The notes: generated by a model from the letters alone, not told the origin. A stretch of DNA of 64,000 bases from an uncultured Nitrososphaerota archaeon (GCA_963838925.1 CAWISW010000002.1:384001-448000); one strand, 5' to 3'; positions 28,278-37,546 are shown, numbered from the stretch's first letter. Program-made: numbers and translations.

Positions 28278-28456
28278 GCGACATGAGAAAGGCGCTGGTT
28301 GCACTACCGGAGGAAGTGTGGGCCATTATCGACCGAGACCTAGGCGACACTATGGGCCACGGCTACTCGGACACGATAAGGAGCATCGTTTTAGCATGGC
28401 TCTCGGAGAACGGATACCTAGTGAAAGGAGGAAAAGGCCACGGCAAAGAAAAGTAA
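28274..28456 (+). CDS. Ribbon-helix-helix (CopG-like) protein
   Basis: ATGA overlap with the transposase stop; MRKALVALPEEVWAIID...YSDTIRSIVLAWL. Confidence 0.7.
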   Translation: MSDMRKALVALPEEVWAIIDRDLGDTMGHGYSDTIRSIVLAWLSENGYLVKGGKGHGKEK

Positions 28457-28577
28457 GGACGAGGAAATCGACATACTCGACGATATGCTGACCTCCCTAG
28501 TTGACCTCTTGGAAGAGAAGGGCGTTATTACCCAAGAGGAATGGGAACAGCGCATCAAGAAGAAACTCAAAACATAG
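28440..28577 (+). CDS. Small helical protein with apparent ACG start
   Basis: AGGAGG at 28426-28431, 8 nt before ACG; (M)AKKSKDEEIDILDDMLTSLVDLLEEKGVITQEEWEQRIKKKLKT. Confidence 0.6.
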   Translation, partial: TAKKSKDEEIDILDDMLTSLVDLLEEKGVITQEEWEQRIKKKLKT

Positions 28578-28616
28578 ATTCATATAAGAAGCGCCTTGGA
28601 GAATCAACCGACTAGA

Positions 28617-28727
28617 ATGTCCGGCTCCTTCGACAGCGTCGTTGAGCTGTTCGCCGCAGCGATAGCAGCGATTATTGGCCTCTATGTAATCTACATCTTG
28701 GTCAAGACACTTTTCTTCGGCGGATAG
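28617..28727 (+). CDS. 36-aa single-TM peptide (passenger)
   Basis: MSGSFDSVVELFAAAIAAIIGLYVIYILVKTLFFGG; TATA-like CATATAA upstream. Confidence 0.5.
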   Translation: MSGSFDSVVELFAAAIAAIIGLYVIYILVKTLFFGG

Positions 28728-28728
28728 C

Positions 28729-28869
28729 ATGAACCCATCCCTTGTCCTAGCAGGTGGAATCATGATGCTGATTGGCGTGTTCGAATTCTCGAACAATCAG
28801 CCATTGGAATTCCTGACTGTTTTGTTAGGAGGGTTTACCATGTATCAAGGGTCGAGAAGTGGTAGATAA
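28729..28869 (+). CDS. 46-aa hydrophobic peptide (passenger)
   Basis: MNPSLVLAGGIMMLIGVFEFSNNQPLEFLTVLLGGFTMYQGSRSGR; starts 1 nt after the previous stop. Confidence 0.45.
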   Translation: MNPSLVLAGGIMMLIGVFEFSNNQPLEFLTVLLGGFTMYQGSRSGR

Positions 28870-29099
28870 CGAAGGATGAGAAAACTGGAAGGCCAACCCC
28901 TTCTAAGTATGACCGCCTTTTCGGGATGTCATTTTTTCTCGTCGCGGGCTATCTGATTTACTACTTGGTCTCTCAGCAATCGAATCTGAGTGAAGCATCA
29001 GAGGGAGTTATAGGCGCGATAACTGTGGTCTGCCTTGTACTCGCCGGAATAGTGTTCACAGGTAGAGATTTTCCCGATATCAAGGTCTTATCGGCATAG
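28866..29099 (+). CDS. Small 2-TM protein (passenger); ATA start or internal ATG 28926
   Basis: ..YDRLFGMSFFLVAGYLIYYLVS...GVIGAITVVCLVLAGIVFTG..; ends 11 nt before the right IR. Confidence 0.45.
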   Translation: MTKDEKTGRPTPSKYDRLFGMSFFLVAGYLIYYLVSQQSNLSEASEGVIGAITVVCLVLAGIVFTGRDFPDIKVLSA

Positions 29100-29241
29100 A
29101 TTTTAGCCGTGTGCAAATCAGTTAACAGAATCTTCACTAAGAGACGACAATCTGCGATTTTGAGGGGAAAATCGGGTGCTCAGGGAGCCGCGGGGAGTCC
29201 AGCGGTTTAATATGAGCAGTAGGGCCCTCGAACCCCTGGAA

Positions 29242-29766
29242 ATGACAACTCCATTGATGGACTTGTACACGCTCGTCGGCATCGCAACCGTGGCCGTCGG
29301 GATACTGGTGGCAGAGGAGGCCCTGAGCTTCGTGGTTCGGAGGGCGGCAAGGAGGGCGAGGGCTGGCCCGACCGTCCTGCGAGACCTCGGGACTGGCATG
29401 AGGCTCATCGCGCTGGTGCTGATCCTCTCGGACGTCCTGAGCGCCTCCGGCCTCTCGTCCCTCTTCACGACCCTTACCATCTCAGGGATCCTGGCCGTCG
29501 CGGTCTCGCTCGCGCTTCAGACGACGCTCTCGAACGTGATCTCCGGGCTCCTCCTCTTCAGCGACGGGGTGCTGCGCCTGGGCGACACGGTAGAGTACAG
29601 CAGCGCGAAGGGCAAGGTGGTACGCGTCGGCCTGAGGAACACGTGGATCAAGACCGAGCACGGCCACCTGGTGGTGGTAAGCAACTCCTCGCTTTCGGGA
29701 GGCCCTCTCGTGAACCACACGGCGACAGAGCGGCTCTCGAAGAAGTACGCCTTCGAAGCGGATTGA
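29242..29766 (+). CDS. MscS-family small-conductance mechanosensitive channel (short form)
   Basis: AVSLALQTTLSNVISG, LRLGDTV, G.V..VGLRNT.I, VSNS. Confidence 0.85.
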   Translation: MTTPLMDLYTLVGIATVAVGILVAEEALSFVVRRAARRARAGPTVLRDLGTGMRLIALVLILSDVLSASGLSSLFTTLTISGILAVAVSLALQTTLSNVISGLLLFSDGVLRLGDTVEYSSAKGKVVRVGLRNTWIKTEHGHLVVVSNSSLSGGPLVNHTATERLSKKYAFEAD

Positions 29767-29778
29767 ATGAGGCGGCCT

Positions 29779-30780
29779 TCACTCGGGCCTGAACTGGTAG
29801 GTGGGCAGCGCGAGGTCCGATATGTCGACGAAGATGCTCGCCACCCTCTCCAGGAGCGCGAGGAGGTCGACCATCATTCCGGTGGACGTCCCCTTCATCC
29901 CGACCATCCCCTTCGAAAGCTCGCCGAGCTTCTCTCGCATCGCGGCCACCTCGGTGTGGGTGCGCCTCGGCTGTACGCGCCTCCTCGCCAGGAACGACGA
30001 TATCGCGACGTCGCCCATCTTCTCCAGCGTGCCGAGGAACTGGACCAGCTGCGCGGCCACCTCCTTGCCCAAGTCCTCGCCGGCAGCGCGCTTTGAAAAG
30101 TCGGCGACTGCGTCCCCGAGGCTCTCTAGGTAGCTCGCGAGAACGCGGTAGTCGAGGCACTCGATGGGGGCAAGCTTGTACCTCTCCGCGACCTCAGGAT
30201 CGATGGTCGCCGTCCGGATGGTCCTGACCAGGAGGAAGTAGAGCCTGTCCACCTCGTCGTCCCTCTCGCCCACCAGCGCCAGAAGGGCGCGGTCGTGCCT
30301 CGCGCCCTCCGCGGAGTCCCGAAGCATCCCGCTGATGAGGCTCGCCATCCTCCTCACTATCCTCTCCGGGTCGAGCACCGCCGGGTCGGGGAGGAACTGG
30401 AGGGTCATGCTCTTCGCGTCCTCGTCCACGATCTCGAGGCCCACCAGCCTCGTCACGGCGGCCTTGAGCCTCCCCCTGTCCTCCCTGGATATCACCGTCT
30501 TACCCTCGACCCGTATCGCGTTGCTCCCCATGAGGTAGGCGCCGGTGACGTCGTTTGTCACGTAGCTCAGGCTCTCCCTCGGGTACTCGATGACGACCTC
30601 TTGGTCCTCCTGCTTTACGCCCTTCTCGCCTATCGGCTTCACCATTAGCCTCCTCGCCGAGATCTCTTCCACGGCCACGCTCGAGCCACGCACGATGCCG
30701 TTCTTCTTTGCCCAGCTCTTCGGAAGGGAGATCAGGACGGTCCCCCCGCCCATCTCAAGGACCTTGCGGGTATCCATCAA
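29779..30780 (-). CDS. AbrB-PhoU family regulator
   Basis: RKVLEMGGGTVLISLPKSWA AbrB domain; DDEVDRLYF and LESLGD PhoU motifs. Confidence 0.9.
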   Translation of the reverse strand: MMDTRKVLEMGGGTVLISLPKSWAKKNGIVRGSSVAVEEISARRLMVKPIGEKGVKQEDQEVVIEYPRESLSYVTNDVTGAYLMGSNAIRVEGKTVISREDRGRLKAAVTRLVGLEIVDEDAKSMTLQFLPDPAVLDPERIVRRMASLISGMLRDSAEGARHDRALLALVGERDDEVDRLYFLLVRTIRTATIDPEVAERYKLAPIECLDYRVLASYLESLGDAVADFSKRAAGEDLGKEVAAQLVQFLGTLEKMGDVAISSFLARRRVQPRRTHTEVAAMREKLGELSKGMVGMKGTSTGMMVDLLALLERVASIFVDISDLALPTYQFRPE

Positions 30781-30813
30781 AATCTATAGAGTTCTATAGA
30801 TTATTTATAGATT
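30781..30813. promoter_or_regulatory. Inverted/direct repeat operator candidate
   Basis: AATCTATAGA-GT-TCTATAGATT perfect 10-2-10 palindrome (30781-30802) plus a third TATAGATT copy. Confidence 0.6.
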
Positions 30814-30850
30814 ATCTTGATAAATTGTGAGGCCCGCACGGGCTTCAAGC

Positions 30851-31669
30851 ATGTTCTACGGGACCGTGCGGCCGACTGCCGCAGGCAAGGTCACTCTGAT
30901 CGCCATGACGGCCGCCCTCTACGCCGTGGCCAAGGGGCTGACCGCTTTCATCCCGACGCCCTTCGGCGTGGGCCAGTTCCTCCTCTTCATTTTCGTCCCC
31001 GCGTTCTTCGCGATAGTCGGGGACACGCTCTCTGCCGCGGTGGGAGCAGCAATAGGGACGTTCCTCGGCGACGTGATCTTCCTCACGCCCTTGGGCCAGA
31101 CCAACCCCGCGCTCTCGCTCGTCTCGGGAGTGCCCGCGAACTTCGTCGCATTCCTCCTCTTCGGCTACCTCGTGAAGAGGTACAAGTCGTGGCCGGCGTT
31201 CATCTCTAGCACCGTCCTATGCATCACCCTCGGGAACCTCATCGCCGGGGCGCTCGTCGTCGGTTTCGCCGCCCAGGTCTTCCTTCCCGCCTTCGCCAGC
31301 GTCACCGCAAAGTACGGCGTGGTCACCCTGGTGCTCGGGTACACGCTCTTCTGGACGGGGACGATGGTCCCCGCGGTGGTCATCGCCGTCCCGCTCCTGC
31401 TCAGGGCCCTCAGGCCGCTGGTGGGGCGCTCGAGCATCCTCGCCTACTATCCGGAGTGGTCAGACTACGAGGTGGGCCGCCTGCTTCCCGCCTCGCTGGC
31501 CTACGCCGTCGGGTTCATCGTGATTGGTGTCGGGTTCTTCGTGCTCCAGTTCAACGTCCTGCAGGGCTGGTCGGTGATAGGAAGCTGGATCCTGGTCGCC
31601 GGAGTCGTCCTTGCTATAGTCGGTCCGGCCGTGGGCCTGTTAGCCGGGACAAAGCGGTCGAGCTACTAG
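30851..31669 (+). CDS. ECF S-component-like membrane transporter (possibly pantoate/pantothenate)
   Basis: LIAMTAALYAV...IPTP.G N-terminus, about 8 TM; abuts pantoate kinase. Confidence 0.7.
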   Translation: MFYGTVRPTAAGKVTLIAMTAALYAVAKGLTAFIPTPFGVGQFLLFIFVPAFFAIVGDTLSAAVGAAIGTFLGDVIFLTPLGQTNPALSLVSGVPANFVAFLLFGYLVKRYKSWPAFISSTVLCITLGNLIAGALVVGFAAQVFLPAFASVTAKYGVVTLVLGYTLFWTGTMVPAVVIAVPLLLRALRPLVGRSSILAYYPEWSDYEVGRLLPASLAYAVGFIVIGVGFFVLQFNVLQGWSVIGSWILVAGVVLAIVGPAVGLLAGTKRSSY

Positions 31670-32608
31670 ATGCAGCCCCGGACCGCACTCGCGTTCGCCC
31701 CGGCTGTCATCTCGAACTTCTTCGTGGTCCACAACGAGGGGCTCTCGCTGAACCCCCCAGACCTCTCCAAGGTGGGCGCGACGGGCGGGGGGTTCACGCT
31801 ATCGAAGGGGGTGTACACCAACGCCTGGGTCGTCCCCAGCGCCTTTCGAGCGGTTTCAGTGGCCGTCAACGGCGACGCGAGCTACCCCGCAGAGACGACG
31901 ACCAAGGCCGTCGAGCTCCTCCTCGAGAGCGTCAGACACCCGCCGGTGCTGGTGGAGCTCGTCCAGACCGTCGAGGTCCCCATAGGCGCCGGATTCGGGA
32001 GCAGCTCCGCCTCCGCGCTCTCCGCGGTCATGGCGGTCGCTGCTGCCCTCAAGCTCCCCCTAAGCAAGGAGCGGGTCGCGACCTTCGCGCACGAGGCCGA
32101 CATCGTGCGGCACACCGGGCTGGGGACGGTCTCCTCAACGTACAACCACTCGGGCGCAGCAATCATAGTCCACCCCGGCGGGCCCGGGGTCGCGAGGCTG
32201 AAGGCCATCAAGGTCCCGACTGGTGTCAGGGTCGTGACCGCGTGCCTATCGAGGAAGCCGAAGGCCACCCTGCTCACGTCCACGAGAAAGCGCGACAAGA
32301 TCAACAGGCTGGGCGAGGTGGCGCTGGCTCAGGCCTCCGACCTCAAGCTGGAGAGCCTCCTGGAGGCCGGACACGCCTTCGCCGAAGGGCTGGGCCTGAT
32401 GACCCGGGCCGTGGAGCACCTGGTCGCGGCCGCGCTCGAGAGCGGCGCCATAGGGGCGAGCCAGAACATGGTGGGCAACTCGATGCACGCCGTCGTCCAT
32501 GACGAGGACCTCGAGGCGGTTACCTTGGCCCTCCGCTCGGCCTCGAGGGCCGCCACGCTCGACTCCTTCCGGATCGGGGGAAGGATGGCAAGGATTCTGA
32601 CGGAATAG
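31670..32608 (+). CDS. pok: Pantoate kinase (GHMP superfamily)
   Basis: AFAP..ISNFF, GATGGG, VPIGAGFGSS, AHEADI...TGLGTV, ASQNMVGNS. Confidence 0.88.
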   Translation: MQPRTALAFAPAVISNFFVVHNEGLSLNPPDLSKVGATGGGFTLSKGVYTNAWVVPSAFRAVSVAVNGDASYPAETTTKAVELLLESVRHPPVLVELVQTVEVPIGAGFGSSSASALSAVMAVAAALKLPLSKERVATFAHEADIVRHTGLGTVSSTYNHSGAAIIVHPGGPGVARLKAIKVPTGVRVVTACLSRKPKATLLTSTRKRDKINRLGEVALAQASDLKLESLLEAGHAFAEGLGLMTRAVEHLVAAALESGAIGASQNMVGNSMHAVVHDEDLEAVTLALRSASRAATLDSFRIGGRMARILTE

Positions 32609-32681
32609 TTTGCGCGACTTTGCGCATGCTTAGGCTTATATCGCCACTTCTCCACAGCTAAAGCTAGCCGGAGTTCACAGA

Positions 32682-35600
32682 ATGGGGTATATTCGAAGGC
32701 TCGAAGTAAAGGGTTTCAAGTCCTTCGGCCCTCGCGCGCTCACCATCACGTTCGAACAGGGGCTGAACGTAGTCACCGGTCCCAACGGCAGCGGCAAGTC
32801 CAACATCGCAGACGCCATCCTCTTCGCCCTGGGCGAGAACTCGCCGAGGATCCTCAGGGCTGCGCAGGGGCGCCTGACCGGCCTGATCTACGACCCCAAG
32901 AGGGAGGCCATCGAGGCCCGACAGCAGGGGGCGGAAGGTGAGACCGCCGAGGCAGCGGCGGGGCGCGCGTTCCCAACCGAGGAGCGCCCCTCAAGCTGCA
33001 AGGTGAGCCTACAGATCGACAACACGGACAGGAAGATCCCGGTCGACGCCGACCTCGTCACTCTGACGAGGGAGCTCAAGAACAACGGCGAGAACTCATA
33101 CTACCTCAACGGCAAAAAGTCCACCAAGAGCATGATCGCCGACTTCCTCGAGGTCTCGGGCCTCTCGCCCAGCGGGCTCAACGTGATCCCTCAGGGCGCC
33201 GCGACGAGGGTGGCCGACCTCACCCCCGACGAGAAGAGGAAGATGATAGAGGACGTCGTCGGCATCTCGAAGTTCGACGACAAGAAGGCCGAGGCCCAGA
33301 AGCAGCTGTCGCAGGCCGACACCAAGCTACAGATAGAGCTCGCGAGGACCGGGGAGATGAAGTCGCAGCTCGAGCGCCTCGAGGAGCAGAGGAACGACCT
33401 CGTTAGGTTCAACCAGCTCGAGGGGCAGCTGAGCTGGCTCAAGGCCGTCCAGACATCCAGGAGGGTGACCGAGCTCCGCGAGAAGCTGAGCTCCAACAAG
33501 CGGATGGAGGAGGAGCTCACGCTCAAGCTAGACGAGGTGCGCAAGAGGAAGGAGGAGTTCGAGTCTCGAGTAACCGGTCAGACCGCAGAGAAGGAGAAGT
33601 TCATCATCGAGATAGTCCAGGGAGGGGGCGAGGGCCCCACCAAGCTCCGCGACGAGCTCGAGTCGGTCAGGCTCCGCCGCGACCAGCTGACAGGAGAGGT
33701 CTCGAGGCGCGAGGAGAACATCAGGAGGCTCGAGATGGAGTCGATGCCCACCCTGCGCTCCATAGTCGCAGAGCGAAAGAAGCAGGTCACGGCTGTCAAC
33801 TCGACCGTCGAGTCGCTACAGACCACGAACGAGAAGCTCGACGCAAAGAGGAAGGACCTGAGCGCGCAGCTCCAGGACATCCTCGACGCCGAGGAGACGC
33901 TCCGCGCGACCATAGAGCGCAACAGGAAGCAGGGCGACAGGATCAGGGCGAAGCTCGTCGACCTCTCCGAGGAGGTCTCCCCCATCGGGCTGGAGATCAA
34001 CGCCGTGCAGGCCGGCCTGGGCGCCGAGAAGAAGCGGGCGGAGGAGCTGGAGGCGAGGGTCAAGAACTTCACGGAGCTCCTCGACAGGCTGGACAACAAC
34101 TCGAAGCAGCTCCTGGAGCTACAGACAAAGGAGACGGAGCAGCTGGCCGAGATAGACCAGGAGCTTTCCGGGCTCGAGAAGGAGAGGAACCTCATCGAGC
34201 AGAGCATCGGCGCGGCGAGCAAGGTGCTCGACAAGGCCTCGGGCGAGGTCGCCACGCAGACGGCCAAGGCCGATTTCTCCGAGGAGCTCAACTCGGACCG
34301 CGTGGGGCACGGGAGGCTCAGGGAGCTTTGCGAGGGCGGCGGGATCCCCGGATACATCGGGATGGTGAACGAGCTCGTGACCTACCCAGCCCAGTACACC
34401 AGGGCGTGCTCCGCCGTCATGGACATGTGGAGCAGCGCGTTCGTCGTCTCCGACGTCAGGTCGATGACCGCGCTGATCAAGGCCGGCAAGAGGCTCAACA
34501 TCAAGTCGTTCGCGATAATCCCGCTCTCCGAGGTGAGCGAAGTGAGGCCCGTCTCGGTCGGAAAGTCGGCGGGGGTGATAGGTCCTCTCTCGACCGTGCT
34601 GAAGGCCGACAAGCAGTACAGGGGCCTCATGAACTTCATCGCCGGGGACACAGTCCTCGTCGAGTCAGAAGGGATCGCGTACATCCTCGCCTCCGAGGGG
34701 TTCAAGACGGTGACCCCAGATGGGGAGATCTTCGAGCTGGGCGGGAGGGCCTTCGCGTACGGCCTCAGGGACGCGCTCTCGAAGGTGCTGGAGGCCCTCG
34801 AGGACATCGAGAACGTGGGCGAGGTCCAGGGGGCGGTCAAGGCACTCAGGGCCGCCATCGACAAGCGGAAGCAGCAGATGGGCTCTCTCGAGAGCGAGGA
34901 CAAGTCGCTCACAAAGGACCGCGTCAAGAAGATAGCCTCTGTGGCGGCCCTCAGGGCTGAGGCCGAGACCGTCGTCAGGCTCTCCAAGCGCTACAGAGCG
35001 ATGCACCGCTCCATCAACCAGGACTACGAGGCCCAGATGAGGTCGGTGGAGAGGCTCCAGAGGCGCGAGGCATCGCTCCAACTGAAGAGGGACGCCATAA
35101 CCACCGAGATGAAGCTGCTCAAGGACGGCCTCTCGGAGCAAGAGTCCCTCGGGCTCGACGGGTTCATCGCGGAGATCGAGAACGCCAGGAATGACCTCAG
35201 CCTCCAGCTCAGCGAGCTGTCGTCCAAGATATCGGAGTTCCACCTGTCCTACACGCGTGAGAAGGCAAACCTGGAGCAGATGGTGGTGCCCAACCTCGAG
35301 CGCGTGAGGCAGGACCTCGAGGCGAGCGAGATGCAGTACGAGGCCGACAGGCAGTTCGTGATAGCCTCCAGGAAGGAGCTCACCGAGCTGAACCACAGGT
35401 TCGCCGACCTCGACTCCCAGCTCCTGAAGGTGCTCGACTCCTCCACAAACAGCAGGCCCGTCCTGGAGGAGTTCGACAACAAGATCCGCAGGCTAAGGGA
35501 GGAGGCCGCCGCAGCGGAGCGCTCGGCCTTCAACACGGAGAAGGAGATCTTCGCGCTCCAGCAGAGCGCGATCTCGCTCCAGGACAAGGTCGCCGAGCAA

Positions 35601-36305
35601 CTCAGCAGCCTGAGGTTCTATGGCTACGACGAGGTCCTCGAGCTCTTCGAGGGGAGCGACCAGCTCCTCTCGCAGGTGGAGTTCGAGCACGAAGGCCTCG
35701 CGAGGACCGTCAACAAGAGCTCGGAGAGGGACTACGGCGTCGTCTACGACAGCTACAGGAACCTCTCCCAGAGGATCAACGAGCTCGAGCAGGAGAGGAA
35801 CTCCATCGTGAGGTTCATAGAGAGCGTGGACTCTGAGAAGAGGAAGGTCTTCGCCACCGCCTTCGAGACAATCAACAAGGAGTTCGCCGTCACCTTCAAG
35901 ACCCTGACGCAGGGCGAGGCGTGGCTCGAGCTGGAGAACAAGGAGGAGGTGTTCACCGGCGGGATCTACATGATGGCGAGCTTCAGGGGAAAGCCCGCCT
36001 GGGAGTCCTCGTCCATGTCGGGAGGGGAAAAGTCGGTGACAGCCGTCGCGCTCATACTCGCCATACAGAGGGTCAACCCGCACCCGTTCTACCTCTTCGA
36101 CGAGATCGACCAGAACCTCGACCAGGCCAACTCGCAGAGCCTCGCCAGCTTCTTCAAGGAAAGGTCGCAGCAGTCCCAGATCATCGTGGTCTCCCTCAAG
36201 GACACCATGGTCGCGGGGAGCGGCGTCGCCTACGGGGTCTACAACGTCGCCGGCATCTCGAGGATAGTGCGCGCAAAGATGGAGGTCCAGGTCAAGAGTG
36301 GTTGA
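32682..36305 (+). CDS. smc: Chromosome segregation protein SMC
   Basis: GFKSF, GPNGSGKSN, long coiled coils with hinge, MSGGEKS, YLFDEID. Confidence 0.96.
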   Translation: MGYIRRLEVKGFKSFGPRALTITFEQGLNVVTGPNGSGKSNIADAILFALGENSPRILRAAQGRLTGLIYDPKREAIEARQQGAEGETAEAAAGRAFPTEERPSSCKVSLQIDNTDRKIPVDADLVTLTRELKNNGENSYYLNGKKSTKSMIADFLEVSGLSPSGLNVIPQGAATRVADLTPDEKRKMIEDVVGISKFDDKKAEAQKQLSQADTKLQIELARTGEMKSQLERLEEQRNDLVRFNQLEGQLSWLKAVQTSRRVTELREKLSSNKRMEEELTLKLDEVRKRKEEFESRVTGQTAEKEKFIIEIVQGGGEGPTKLRDELESVRLRRDQLTGEVSRREENIRRLEMESMPTLRSIVAERKKQVTAVNSTVESLQTTNEKLDAKRKDLSAQLQDILDAEETLRATIERNRKQGDRIRAKLVDLSEEVSPIGLEINAVQAGLGAEKKRAEELEARVKNFTELLDRLDNNSKQLLELQTKETEQLAEIDQELSGLEKERNLIEQSIGAASKVLDKASGEVATQTAKADFSEELNSDRVGHGRLRELCEGGGIPGYIGMVNELVTYPAQYTRACSAVMDMWSSAFVVSDVRSMTALIKAGKRLNIKSFAIIPLSEVSEVRPVSVGKSAGVIGPLSTVLKADKQYRGLMNFIAGDTVLVESEGIAYILASEGFKTVTPDGEIFELGGRAFAYGLRDALSKVLEALEDIENVGEVQGAVKALRAAIDKRKQQMGSLESEDKSLTKDRVKKIASVAALRAEAETVVRLSKRYRAMHRSINQDYEAQMRSVERLQRREASLQLKRDAITTEMKLLKDGLSEQESLGLDGFIAEIENARNDLSLQLSELSSKISEFHLSYTREKANLEQMVVPNLERVRQDLEASEMQYEADRQFVIASRKELTELNHRFADLDSQLLKVLDSSTNSRPVLEEFDNKIRRLREEAAAAERSAFNTEKEIFALQQSAISLQDKVAEQLSSLRFYGYDEVLELFEGSDQLLSQVEFEHEGLARTVNKSSERDYGVVYDSYRNLSQRINELEQERNSIVRFIESVDSEKRKVFATAFETINKEFAVTFKTLTQGEAWLELENKEEVFTGGIYMMASFRGKPAWESSSMSGGEKSVTAVALILAIQRVNPHPFYLFDEIDQNLDQANSQSLASFFKERSQQSQIIVVSLKDTMVAGSGVAYGVYNVAGISRIVRAKMEVQVKSG

Positions 36306-36951
36306 AGGCGGCATCCTGGCCAGGCCACCGCTGAACCTCCTCATCGACCCCAACGCAGCGAAGAGGAAGAGCCCGTGGGAGATCCACATCTCGGAGCTCC
36401 TGGACATGTTCCTCGACGCGATACTAAAGTCGGAGTTCCTCGACCTCAGGGCCGCTGGGACCGCGGCGCTTACCTCAGCCACAATATACCGGTTCAAGGT
36501 AGAGTCGCTCTTCCTGTTCGAGAAGCTCCAGCGCGAGAGGAGGGTCCTCGACTCAGTCGAGCCACCGCAGATCGTCGTCATGCCGTTCAGGTACGAGGTG
36601 TACTCCACCACCGTCGACGAGCTCTTCGACGCGCTCACGCGCATCCTCGAGGAGATAGTCCACAACGACAGAGAGGAGAGCACTGTCTCGCCCTCCCTCC
36701 TCGAAGAGGGCCCGCCGCCCAACCCAGAGGACTACCTCATCACCATACTCTCGAACCTCCAGGCCTTCCAGCGGGTCCTGAGAGAGCGGATAGGAGCGCT
36801 CGGGAGGATAAAGTTCTCCGACCTCATCGCCGGGATGCCCCTCATAGAGGCGGCACGCACGTTCATCCTCCTCCTCTTCGCCGCGAGCAACGGGACGGTC
36901 GTGCTGGACCAGGAAGGCGAGTACGACCTCCAAGTGATACTGGTGGGCTGA
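36298..36951 (+). CDS. scpA: Kleisin ScpA
   Basis: PWEIHI..L, DLRAAG.A, RFKVESL, RTFILLLF, LDQE; directly follows smc. Confidence 0.88.
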   Translation: MVEGGILARPPLNLLIDPNAAKRKSPWEIHISELLDMFLDAILKSEFLDLRAAGTAALTSATIYRFKVESLFLFEKLQRERRVLDSVEPPQIVVMPFRYEVYSTTVDELFDALTRILEEIVHNDREESTVSPSLLEEGPPPNPEDYLITILSNLQAFQRVLRERIGALGRIKFSDLIAGMPLIEAARTFILLLFAASNGTVVLDQEGEYDLQVILVG

Positions 36952-36958
36952 CCGCGAG

Positions 36959-37546
36959 ATGAGCGAGCCTCAGCAGCAGGAACAGACAGAAAGGGTCGAG
37001 CAAGCCGAACAGACTGCGCGCCCCAAGGTCAGCGACGAGGAGATCAGGGCTAGGATCGAGGCGGCCCTCTACTCCTCAGGGAGGGCGCTCGACGCCGAGC
37101 AGCTTGCGAAGGCCGCCGGGATCTCCTCCAAGAAGAGGGCGATGGACGAGGCCAAGGCGATCCAGCAGAGGATGAAGTCCATGGTCTCCGCGATCGAGGT
37201 GGTTGAGTACCCAGGCCAGAGATACGCCATGCAGCTCAAGGCCGAGTACACCAGCGTCGCGAGGAAGTTCGCGACCAAGCCTCTGCTGTCCAAGGCCGCG
37301 CTCCGTACCCTCTCGTTCATCGCATACTTCCAGCCCATCTCGAGCGCCGACCTAGCGCTCAGGAGGGGCTCACAGGCCTACGACCACGTGAAGGACCTCG
37401 AGGAGGTTGGGTTCCTCGCCTGGGAGAGGAAGGGAAGGTCGAAGCTCTACAGGACCACCACGGAGTTCTCAGAGTACTTCGGGCTGAGCGTCGACCCACA
37501 GACCCTGAAGCACCAGCTCGAGAGGCGCGCCCTCATACTCCGATAG
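36959..37546 (+). CDS. scpB: ScpB
   Basis: IEAALY, LSKAALRTLSFIAYFQPI, RG, GR...Y.TT.EF..YFG. Confidence 0.92.
   Translation: MSEPQQQEQTERVEQAEQTARPKVSDEEIRARIEAALYSSGRALDAEQLAKAAGISSKKRAMDEAKAIQQRMKSMVSAIEVVEYPGQRYAMQLKAEYTSVARKFATKPLLSKAALRTLSFIAYFQPISSADLALRRGSQAYDHVKDLEEVGFLAWERKGRSKLYRTTTEFSEYFGLSVDPQTLKHQLERRALILR

Larger units (their letters stand above)
26327..29132 (+). mobile_element. IS6-family element with passenger genes (2806 bp)
   Basis: Perfect 22-bp terminal inverted repeats GATTCTGTTAACTGATTTGCAC (26327-26348 / 29111-29132); flanking direct repeat TTCACTAAG (26318-26326 / 29133-29141); DDE transposase inside; visibly more AT-rich than flanks. Confidence 0.93.
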
